From: Eledone cirrhosa
Taxonomy: Eukaryota
NCBI GenBank assembly: GCA_964016885.1
Contig: OZ024740.1
Location: 67,084,001 to 67,148,000, forward strand
Length of the DNA stretch: 64,000 nt
Direction of reading: 5' to 3'
The notes under the pieces are model-generated. The model was not told the DNA's origin and did no database searches. It saw only the letters and a list, made by a program, of their open reading frames with translations. Position 1 is the first letter of the stretch; every line of letters starts with the position of its first letter. The translations under genes were made by a program, and so were the position numbers. Below are positions 52,567 to 64,000 of the stretch, piece after piece.

Positions 52567-52765
52567 CGAAGGAAATGTGGTAAGGAACCAGGTGGACCAG
52601 AATTAGCCGTCGAAACGGCTTGAGCTCAGCTGTCGGGGTCTTACTGGTATATATATATATATATATATATATACATACATATATATATACATACATATAT
52701 ATATATATACAAACATATATATATATACATACATATATATATATACATACATATATATATATACA

Positions 52766-53578
52766 TGGTGGCTGCCAAATCGTTTTCGAGTACGGCCACT
52801 ACTTTATATCCATGTAGGAGAACCACTACCGATGCGCTGAACGAGTGTGACTTTTTAGTCCTGCCAGCGACTTGAAAACTCTGATACAAACACTACACTT
52901 GTGATAATCATTGACACATAGTGCTGGTCCCATGGTACCAGTTGAGGACAAGTGCAGAGAGATCTTCAGATATAAAGCAATGCCTGTGCCTTGAAGCTTT
53001 TATAGTGAGCAAAGGCACTGCACAAAGCCAGTCCCACTTTCTTAACCAAGATGATATTTACCAAAAAGAAGAACAAGTCAACATCATTGGATACCATCAG
53101 GATTGCAGGTGTTATATCAGCGTTTTCCTTCTCCTAGAATTCTGGCTTGACAAAGGCTAAGTGGTCATCTCTCCCGGTGATTTTGGATGGCCACTGACTC
53201 TTAAGAGCTCCTTTACTCTTTGACAGGTTTTGTTTTTAGTCCAGCAGGATTTCCAAAGTCACCTTCCTCGCCAAGAAACATTGGTGGGGTTTCCAGTTTA
53301 GTCGCCAACGACCCGACCATGAGACAGGTTGTACATACATACATACATATATATATACATACATACATAAACACATATACATACATATATATACATATAT
53401 ACACATATACATATACATATACATACATACACACATATATACATAGATACATACATATATACATACATACATACATATATACATACATACATACATATGT
53501 ATATATATATATACACATATACATATACATATACATACATACACACATATATATATATATACATATATACATATATAT

Positions 53579-53623
<45 letters not shown>

Positions 53624-53676
53624 CATATATATATATATACATACATATATATATATACATACATATATATATATAT

Positions 53677-53743
<67 letters not shown>

Positions 53744-53776
53744 CATATATATATACATATACACACACATACATAT

Positions 53777-53827
<51 letters not shown>

Positions 53828-55085
53828 TATACATGGTGGCTGGCAACTCGTTTTCGAGTACGGCCACTACTTTATATCCATGTAGGAGAACCACTACCGA
53901 TGCGCTGAACGAGTGTGACTTTTTAGTCCAGCCAGCGACTTGAAAACTCTGATACAAAGACTACACCTCTGACATTCACTGACACATAGTGCTGGTCCCA
54001 TGGTACCATGTGAGGGCAAGTGCAGATAGATCTCCAGATATAAAGGAATGCCTGTGCCGTGAAGCTTTTATAGTGAGGAAAGGCACTGCACAAAGCCAGT
54101 CCCACTTTCTTAACCAAGATGATATTTACCAAAAAGTAGAACAAATCAACATCATTGGATACCATCAGGGTTGCAGTTGTTATATCAGAGTTTTCCTTCT
54201 CCTAGAATTCTGCCTTGACAAAGGCTAAGGGATCATCTCTGCCGTTATTTTGCATGGCCATTGACTCTTAAGAGCCCCTTTGCCCTTTGACAGGTTTTGT
54301 TTTTATTCCTGCAGGATGTCCAAAGTTACCCTCCACACCAAGAAACCTTGGCGGGGTTGCCAGTTTAATCGCCAACGACCCGACCATGAGACAGGTTGTA
54401 CTGGGATACATGTTACCAGTAGCACCAACTGGTGACCTGATCATACATACATACATACTTACATACATAGTGGCTGCCAACTCGTTTTCGAGTACGGCCA
54501 CTACTTTATATCCATGTAGGAGAACCCCTACTGATGCGCTCAACAGGTGTGACTTTTTAGTCCAGCCAGCGACTTGAAAACTCTGGTACAAACACTACAC
54601 TTGTGACAATCATTGACACATTGTGCTGGGCCCATGGTACCATGTGATGACAAGTGCAGAGAGATCTCCAGATATAAAGCAATGCCTGTGCCGTGAAGCT
54701 TTTATAGTGAGCAAAGGTACTGCACAAAGCCAGTCCCACTCTCTTAACCAAGATGATATTTACCAAAAAGAAGAACAAGTCAACATCATTGGATACCATC
54801 AGGGTTGCAGGTGTTATATCAGAGTTTTCCTTCTCCTAGAATTCTGCCTTGACAAAGGCTAAGGGGTCATCTCTCCCGGTGATTTTGGATGGCCATTGAC
54901 TCTTAAGAGCTCCTTTGCCCTTTGACAGGTTTTGTTTTTAGTCCTGCAGGATGTCCAAAGTCACCCTCCTCACCAAGAAACCTTGGTGGGGTTGCCAGTT
55001 TAGTCGCCAACGACCCGACCATGGGACAGGTTGTACTGGGATACATGTTACCAGTAGCACCAAACATGTATCCCAGTACAACCTT
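52766..55085 (-). mobile_element. Three tandem ~0.6-kb RTE-associated non-autonomous elements (52766-53333, 53834-54440, 54470-55085) separated by (CATA)n/(TA)n
   Basis: Mutually similar and non-coding. The minus-strand 3' end gtggccgtactcgaaaacgagttggcagccacc+(ATGT)n resembles the RTE 3' end at 55105-55145. Confidence 0.75.
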
Positions 55086-55190
55086 ACATACATACATACA
55101 TACATGATGGCTGCTCCCTCGTTATCGAGTATGGCCATTGCACGAGGAGAAAAAAAAAATTAATAAATAAATAAAAAATAAAATAAAAAT

Positions 55191-55251
<61 letters not shown>

Positions 55252-58200
55252 ACACACAATAATAACAACAATAATAATAACGACAACAACAATAATAATA
55301 TACATATACATATATATATACACATACACGCACACACATAAGCATATCTATACACACACACACACGATAGCAACTAACAGTGCTACGATCGAATGTGGCT
55401 TCTTAGCCCAGCCAATGATCTAAAATGTCTTGCACAGATTCGGCAACCTAAACATTCACTGGGAATAGTCGGCTGTGGTTGGAGTTCCTGTACTTTTGCA
55501 TGTCGCTTGAGCCATTCTTGCTGATTTACATTCTCTACCACATGTTTGGCAAGCATGATGAGTAGCATCTCCAACAGAAGCGTGGTAGTCAACCACTGGT
55601 CTTACTTTATGACTGCGAAGATGACTTTCGAGTCCAGCTTTGCTTAGGCAGAGTCTCGCACAGACGCTGCATGTCAGCACCATAGGAGGACCCTCGCCGT
55701 CTGGAAGTGCAACAGCAATGTCCTTCCTCACATCCTGCTTTACTTTCTCGTATGCGATTCGAGATGCCTCAAAGGCAACTTTTCCCTCATATACAGTCTT
55801 TCTCCATTTATTACGATCAGCAGCAACATTTTCCCATGTATCAGCAGAGATGTTAGCGTCTTTCAGAGAGGCTTTCAAGGAATCCTTATACCTCTTTTTT
55901 GGTTTGTGTGGCGGTCGTTTTCCTTTAACCAACTCTCCATAAAAGAGTTATTTTGGTATTCTAGAATCATTCATCCTGGCAAGGCGACCACTCCAACGGA
56001 GTCGTTGCTAAAACACAAGAGCTTCTATACTGTCACACATAGAGCTTTCCAGAATCTCGACATCACTGATATGGTCCCTCCAGTGAACGCCATGGATCCG
56101 TCTGAGACACATCTGATGGAAACGCTCCAATCGCTTAAGGTGGTGTCGATATGTGACCCTGGTCTCGCAGGCGTAACGAACACAAGAGAGCACACATGCC
56201 CTGTACACCTTTACCTTTGTCCTCCTGCATATGTCTCGCCGACCCAAGCGTCGCCTTTCTAGCTTTCCGAAAGCATCACTTGCTTTCCTAATCCTAAGTG
56301 AGATTTCACTGTCAAGGTTGCTGTATCGATTGACAGTGCTTCCCAGGTAGACAAACTGATCAATCACTCCAAGTCGTTTGCCATACACATAGATGCTTGG
56401 TTCAGTGTACTGCTTACCAGGGGCAGGTTGGTACATGACGACGGTTTTCTTGAGACTGACAGTCAATCCTAGAGCAGTGCAAGCGTCAGAAAATGCATTC
56501 AAAATGTGCTGCATATCACTCTCTGTGTGCGCTACAAGATCGCAATCATCTGCATACAAGAGGTCTCTTATGATTGATGTAAGTACTTTTGTCTTCGCAG
56601 CAAAGCGCCTGATGTTAAATATGCTGCCTGAGGTTGGATATCGGATGTAAACACCATGCTCGCAATTACTGAATGCAATACAGAAAACCATTGCAAAGTA
56701 TATGGAAAACAGGGTCGGTGCTGGAATATCCCCCTGTTTCACACCATTTTTCACTGAGATAGGCTCCGACATGTTACCTCCGACATTAACCCAAGCCTTC
56801 ATGTCGTCATGGAAAGACCTAACAAAAGCAATGAACTTATCAGGGCAACCAAGTTTCTGGAGAACCTTCCATAATGCATCTCTGTTAACAGTATCGAAAG
56901 CTTTTGTCAGATCGACAAAAACCTGATACAGATCCAAGCCTTGTTCCATGCACTTCTCCTGGAGCAGTCTAGCTGAGAAGATCATATCAGTAGTGCCGCG
57001 TCCAGCACGAAAACCAGATTGACTTTCAGGAAGAACACAATCTGCAATGTGTGTCAGCAGACGGTCCAGAAGCACCCTACATAAAACTTTCCCTACGACA
57101 GAAAGCAATGATATACCTCTGTAGTTCCCACATTCATTCCTGTTACCCTTTCCCTTGTACAAAACCACCATTACTGCATCTCTCCAGTCCTCAGGCACGG
57201 ATTCATTAGCCTATATCCTGCCAAACAAAGAGTGAAGATGTTGCAGGAGTCTCTCACCACCATATTGTAGGAGCTCAGCATGTATGCCATCCATACCTGG
57301 AGATCTTCCACTGTTCAGCTTCGAAATAGCCACTGCAACCTCCACAAGCGTCGGAGGTTCTGCGCGAGCTACTTTCACAGGACTTTCTGGAATGAGATTG
57401 AGGAAATCTTCACTGACGACAGACGGCTGATTCAAAAGATCATGAAAGTGCTCTCGCCACCTTCGTAGAATTCCTTGTGAGTCACGAAGAAGTTCTTTGC
57501 CAGCATTGCTGCGAAGCGGTGTCACCAAAGAAGAAGACGGTCCATAAACCTCACGCAAGAGACTGTACAACAGCTTTGTGTTATTGGAATCTGACGCAGT
57601 TTGTATCTCACCAGCCTTCTCACTCCACCACTGATCCTTCATCTGAGAAAGACTCCGCCTAACACGTGATTTTACATCCATGAGTTCCTCATGCAACGTA
57701 TTCCTCTCCTGTGGTTTTGCCGTCAAGTATCGTGACAGAGCACGCCTCTTATCAGCCAACAAGTCTTCTATATGTACATCATTCTCATTAAACCAGTCCT
57801 GATGTTTTCTCTGCACCAATCCCAGAACACGCCTGCTTACATCATAAACCGACTTTTTAAGGGTCGGCCAATCCTCACCAAGATCTGCAGCAGGAGCATA
57901 CCATTGTTGATACACTTTCCCACCCCATGCCTTCCGATTACATTCCATGTGTTAAACTCCCTACCCACTCTAGCATTAAAGTCACCAAGCACGATGACTT
58001 TGTCTTCCAGAGGGATATTTCTTAAAACACCTTTCAAGGCATGGTAAAAGGACACTTTTTCTTCATCGACAGAATTCATAGTTGGAGCATACACACTCAC
58101 CAGGGTAGCATATCTTCCCTTGTCCAGCGGAACTCTCATGGACATAAGACGCTCACTAATCACTACTGGTAATTCTTCTAATTTATTCACAAGTACAGTC

Positions 58201-58500
58201 TTAACAGTAAATCCTACCCCAGCCTCTCTTCTGGTTCCTTCATCTCTTACTTTCCAGAAGAATGTATATTCTCCACAAAATTCCGTAAGATGACCATCTC
58301 CAGCTAACCTCGTCTCAGATATAGCCACGATGTCAAGATCGTAACGTCGAAGCTGCTTTGCAACAAGAGCGGTCCTTCGTTCAGGACGCTCCAAGGAATC
58401 CCTGTCAAGCAGCGTCCGTACGTTCCAGCAGCCAAGACTAAATGCCTTGTTTGGCTCTATTACAATGGCACGATGACGAGCGGGCCCAGGCTGTGATAAC
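55086..58500 (-). mobile_element. RTE-clade LINE, disabled (frameshifts, internal deletion near 57880)
   Basis: APE: WNVRTL, ISETR, VYAPT, LGDFNARVG. RT: YRGISLLS, QSGFRAGRGTTD, FVDLTKAFD, GVKQG..PAP.LF, LLYADD, FVYLGS. C-terminal GKR...KPKKRYKD plus zinc fingers. 3' hairpin ctcg-ataa-cgag and (ATGT)n tail. Confidence 0.92.
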
Positions 58501-58713
58501 CTGGGGCCCCTGCTCCTATTGCCAATTATCATTTTTGTTCCAGAACCTAAATTGCCAATTATCTTTTTTATATTGGTCTGGAACATCATTGAATTTGAAA
58601 AAAAAAAAAAATTTGAAAAAAAAAAAAAAAATAATAATAGTAATAATAATAATCATGTCATTACCCTATCTAGACTAAAGTCATCGACCCGTTGTCAAAC
58701 TCTCTACTCCCTG

Positions 58714-58761
<48 letters not shown>

Positions 58762-59064
58762 ATATACATCACTCAGATTTCAACCCCAACATCTACAACA
58801 ACAACACCGGCACTAATGTTTACAGCAACAACAGTTTCAGAATGAACTGAAATGAACATTTACAACAACAACAGCGGCATCAAAATATAAAAACAACAAA
58901 AACAAAAACAAAAACAAAAACAAAAAAAAACTCAAAATAGCAAAACACACATACACAGGCACACAACACAACAACAACATCAACTGCAACCACAACCACC
59001 ACGACCGCCACCACCGCCATCACCATCACCAGCGACCGGGCTTTAAGAAAACAACTTTAATAAT

Positions 59065-59215
59065 AATTTTTCTGCTTTTGGCACGGATCTAGCGACTGGC
59101 TCAGCGTATCACTGGTACTCTCTTTTGTTGACTCTGTGGGGATGAAAGGCAAGGTTGACCTCGGCGGGATTTAAGCTCAGAGCATGGAGTGCCATAACTC
59201 TGTGCTGTAAAGCAA
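59065..59215 (-). mobile_element. tRNA-derived SINE fragment
   Basis: ggatgaaaggcaaggttgacctcggcgggatttaagctcag. Confidence 0.75.
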
Positions 59216-59285
59216 TTATAATAATACTGGACTGTAATACATACATACATACATACATACATACATACATACATACATACATACA

Positions 59286-59318
<33 letters not shown>

Positions 59319-59389
59319 TCATACACACATACATACATTCATACATACATAAAAATACATAAACGTACATACACACACATACATAAACA

Positions 59390-60145
59390 ATGGCTGCCCT
59401 CTCGTTATGGGCATTGTACGATATAACATTATAAATAATTATTAATTAATGCTATCGTGCAATGCCTATGCTTGAAGTTTTTTTTTAAGTGCGGAAAGAC
59501 TGTGCACTGAGCCAAATCCACTCTCTAAGCGACAGTAGCTATAACCTGAAAGGAAGAAAAGATGAACATCATCGGAAACTACTGAGCTGCAGGTTTTATG
59601 TCAGAGATATCCCAGTTTCCTGAGTTGCCTTCTCATAGAAGAATGCTCTGACAAAGGCTAGGGGGTCCTTTACTCCCAGTGGTGTAACCGCGTGACTGGG
59701 TACCTAGCCCGATTATTTCTATATCCCCGTGCATATATATACACATGTATACATACACATACATATATACTTATATATACATACATATTTACACATTTTT
59801 GGATGGCCGTTGACTTTTATGAGTTTTTCCGCCCTTTGTCAGGATTTGTTATTTGTGCTGCATGGTGTCAAAAATCACACTCCTCCACAAGTAAACTTGG
59901 TGGGGTTGACGGTTTAGTCGCCAACGACCCAAACATGCGCCAGGTTATACTGGCTTACATGTTACCAGTAACCCTCAAGAATGACTCGTCATAAATACAT
60001 ACATACATACATGATGATGGCCGCCCCCTCGTTATCGAGTATGTCCATTGCACGATATAACATTATTGATAATTATCAATTTTTCCTACCGTGCAATGCC
60101 TGTGAATGTGGATCTTTTTTAAAGTGAGGAAAGACTGTGCACACA
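59390..60145 (-). mobile_element. Older diverged RTE-associated non-autonomous copy (59390-59975) plus a 3' fragment (60016-60145)
   Basis: ccttctcatagaagaatgctctgacaaaggctagggg, gtttagtcgccaacgaccc and cctcgttatcgagtatg are shared with the 52766-55145 units. Confidence 0.65.
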
Positions 60146-60589
60146 TAGATACACGTATACATATTTACATATAATATGTGTGCGTTCGCTTTTATGTGTG
60201 TATATATGTATGTAGTTAATTTTGTGGTAAATTATCTCTTGTCAGGAACTCCTTATATTCAGCGTATCAGTAAAGAATGCCATATATTTGATCTTATATT
60301 ATGTCTATTTAGGGAGGTGACAATATTCATAGGTTACATATAAATGTAATTTCAATGTGAACCGATTGAAACCATGCAATGTTTCGTAGAATAATGACGT
60401 GAATAAGTAAATGTATTGAAAGTATAGATAGTATAAGCAATCGCTTTATTTATTGAAGAAAGAATTACTTCAGTACAAAGCAAATACATTAATAATTAGC
60501 AAATGTTTGAATACAAAGGTATATATTCTTTTTACATCAAACAGGCCACATATACCAATAAATTATATCAAAGTATATATAGACGTTAA

Positions 60590-63380
60590 CTAGCAGAATG
60601 GCCCGGCGTTGCTCGGGATTTGCTCTAGAGTTCTTATATATTTGATATATATTTATCCTTATCGAGCCTCGTGAAATAAATACGTTTGTTCATATTTTGT
60701 TATTGTGTATGCAACAATACCTGTACACGCATATATAATTATATACATATATATATAGTAATAATAATAAATTTGAAGACTAAAATCCAAAGAGGGCTCG
60801 ATAAGGATAAATATATATCAAATATAAATATGTGTGTGTATGTGTGTGCGTGTATACAAATAATTAAATACACGTATATAAATAAATAAATACGTATATA
60901 ACAAGCGCACACACATACCTACATGTAAATACACAAATGTTCGGAGACGACGTCAACCAAAACACGAAGTACACATATACACACACCCTGGGTTTGTAAA
61001 CATTCTAAGCTATTCACTAGAATTATTTGTATGCTGGATTTTACGTTGTATGTAAGTTTAATTTGCTCATGTTAAATGATTTTTTTTATATATGTTTCAG
61101 GTTAAATTAAAATTATAAAATAAAGAGTAATACCTAAAGAAAATTATAAAAGTGCAATAAAGTATAAAATTGTTAAAAACTGCTTTTTTTGCATGGTGGA
61201 TGTTAGCAAGCGGCGGAAAGGAGAGAATGCTGCTGAGGTAGATTATCCAGATCTTCCATCATCAATTGTTCCAATTCCTCACTGCTCCAAATATCCCGTG
61301 CCAGTGCCACCTGCTCCAGATGAAGTCCAAGACAAATATTCTGATGAAGAGGAGGAGATGGATGCTGAGGACTTGGATTGCCTGCCTGAGGTACCAGAAA
61401 AAGTTCCTCACTTCCCAAACCCAAAAGAAGTCAATGACTTGGTCAGAGATATGGGTCTGACCAAGTCCAATGCAGAGCTATTCGTCTCCAGGATGAAGCT
61501 GTGGAACTTCGTCAAGGAGGAAGTGCAGGTGACAAGTCAGAGAAGTCGACACAAACCTTTCTCAGGCTTTTACACTCTTAGAGATAGCCTCTGCTTCGGC
61601 CATGATGTTCCTGGACTGTTTGACGTTATTGGGGTGCCGCTTGTGTCCAAGGAGTGGCGGCTATTTATAGCCAGCTCCACCACAATTTTTGAAGGCTGTC
61701 CTCCTCCACAATAGAAACAAGTTTCCGACACTGCCCCTAGCTGATTCAGTCTGCCTGAAGGAAGATTACTACAGTGTGAAAGTCCTCTTGGAAGCTCTGC
61801 AATACAACCAGTACAATTGGGAAATCATTGGAGACTTCAAGATGGTGGCTTTCCTGCTTGGACTCCAAGAAGGCTTTATCGAATTCCAATGGTTTCACTG
61901 CCCTTGGGACAGCAGTGCCACCTGTGACCACTACAAAAGAAAGAACTGGGAGCAGCGAACAGAATTTGTAGTTGGGACTCGGAACATCATGTGGGAGCCA
62001 CTGGTTGATCCCAGGATTGTGCTCATGCCGCCACTGAACATTAAGTTGGGGTTGATGAAGCAGTTTGTGAAGGCTCTCAACCAAGAATCAGCCGCTTTTA
62101 AGTACCTTCTTGAGTTCTTCCCCAAGTTATCTGAGGCCAAAATCAAAGGTAGAATTTTTGTTGGACCACAGATAAAGAAGGTGTTTGAGTCTCCCGAGTT
62201 CTCCAATAAACTCAATAGGATTGAGAGAACAGCATGGAACTATTTCAAGGCAGTTGTTAAGGGCTTCATGGGCAACTACAGAGCTGAAAACTACCAGCAA
62301 CTGGTAAAGGATCTGATAAAGGCTTTTGGCGCCTTGGGATGCAGGATGTCGCATAAACTCCATTTGCTGGACGCTCACATGGAAAAATTCAAGGACAATA
62401 TGGGCGCCTACTCAGAAGAACAAGGCGAACGATTCCACCAAGATGTAAAAGAAATAGAGCGGAGGTACCAGCGCCACTACAATGAAAAAATCATGGGGGA
62501 CTATATCTGGGGGCTAGTGTGGGAATGCGACCTGGAGTACAACCGCAAATCCAGGAAATCCAGTCATTTCTGACGTATATAAATTGCTTTATAAGTGTTA
62601 TTTGTTTTTACCTGTTTGCTTTTGATAAGCTTGTGTAATAAAATAAATATATACTCTGTTGATTTAATTATATGAACTGATAAATTTTAAAAAAATGTGT
62701 TTTTTCTTGAAAAATATGAAAATTCTGAAATATCAAACTCCTAACCACAAACCCAAACTTCTGATTAAATAATAGTGTTTTTTTTATAATAATGGGATAT
62801 AACAAACCATGAAATGACACTTAGAACCGGGGAACAAAAAAAAAGTTACACGGTGTTACCAGGGGTTTCTGAAACATGAAGGAATTTAGTTGGATACTTT
62901 TAAGGTTACAGGCCCAACGCAACCAAATTACTAAACAGTGCGGTCGCCGGGCAAAATTTTGAAATCTTTTTCAGTCAAGAAAACTTCTGAAAGTTAAGTA
63001 ATGCATATGCAAAGTTTAAACAAAATCGGTTGGGTACTTCTCGAGTTACAGGCCCTTACGCAACCAAAATGTTTCAAAAAATCGGTTTTTCGCATAATGC
63101 GGTCCCTGGGGTGAAGAAATGAAAAAAATCGTTTTTACTCAAAACACTTTAAACGACATAAGTAATGCAAATTTTGAAGAAATCTCCTTGATTATTGTTC
63201 CGTTATACCTAAAAAAATCCTTTAAAGCCTAAAATATGAAGTTTTTCGCCTAATTGCTCGAGATTTACTCTAGGGTTCTTAAATATTTGATATATATTTA
63301 TCCTTATCGAGCCTCGAGAAATAAATACGTTTGTTTATATTTTCTGATTGTGTATGCAAAAATATCTGTACACGAATATA

Positions 63381-63420
<40 letters not shown>

Positions 63421-63600
63421 TAACAGATTAAAGTTTAAGCAAATAATCGCTGCTTTCACTCTTAACGGGATCTTCTGAAACTAAAAAAAATCAATCTGTG
63501 AACGCAGAAGTAAATATTTCGAAAAACGTTACACACTATATATATATATACACACACTATACACACACACACACACGCACACACGCGCGCACGCACACAC

Positions 63601-63694
<94 letters not shown>

Positions 63695-63971
63695 ACACAC
63701 AGCTACGTCATAATGTCGTAATGCAGACAGACATATATTATAAGGGCGTAACGTTATATCTATGTATCTATCTAAAAAGAGAAAGACTAAGAGTTATAGA
63801 GAGAGATAGCTAAATCGCCTAAGGCATTGAAAAGTTGAAATTGTTTTTGCGCAAAACACTCACAGGACCATAAGTATTTCATGTGTAAAGTTTGAAAACA
63901 ATCGGTTGGGTGGTTCTCGAATTTTAGTGAGCGGACAGACAGATAGACATTCTCTGTTTTAGATATATAGA
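60590..63971 (-). mobile_element. Non-autonomous Helitron with both termini
   Basis: Minus strand starts A|TCTATATATCTAAAA (63971) and ends in hairpin cccgagcaacgccggg then ...gCTAG|T (60590): 5'-TC, 3'-CTAG, AT target, no TSD. Confidence 0.8.
61185..62573 (+). pseudogene. DNA transposase, probably Chapaev3 (CMC) type, frameshifted and N-terminally incomplete
   Basis: ORFs 61193..61714 and 61689..62573: EWRLFI.SS...LKAVLLHN.N, IGDFKMV..LLGLQ.G, PPL.IKLGLMKQFVKAL, GIFVGPQI-like, MS.K.H.L..H, SEEQGERFHQD. Candidate right terminus ...gttacacggtg|tta at 62855; left terminus not found. Confidence 0.7.
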
Positions 63972-64000
63972 TAATGATGAAGGTGATAAAGAAATGATGA

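Noticed and set aside
60430-60480. Another hammerhead-like motif on the minus strand (ctgaagt...aaagcgattgct)
   Set aside because: Both core boxes are mutated and there is no helix II

Overview
AT-rich eukaryotic intergenic or intronic DNA made almost entirely of nested transposable elements and microsatellites. The tRNA/CORE-type SINE family and the microsatellite load suggest a mollusc, probably a cephalopod (inference). No host gene could be supported. Contents: Penelope-like elements (PLEs; RT + C-terminal GIY-YIG), twice arranged as head-to-head inversions; five R4/Dong-like REL-endonuclease LINE copies sitting in (GTAT)n or (TTA)n; a near full-length L1/Tx1-type LINE with an open 1139-aa ORF2 in (TTA)n; an RTE LINE with ~0.6-kb non-autonomous partners; a CR1/L2-type 3' fragment; Helitrons, one enclosing a probable Chapaev3-type transposase; a Tigger-like MITE; and many SINEs. 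The most interesting signal is a set of about ten type-I hammerhead ribozyme motifs with short helix III. Some lie in PLE 3' repeats and some in short non-coding modules next to (TA)n tracts, including a 361-bp near-perfect palindrome carrying a ribozyme on each strand and an inverted repeat whose second arm has lost the ribozyme. All family assignments and RNA folds were made by eye; no searches were run.
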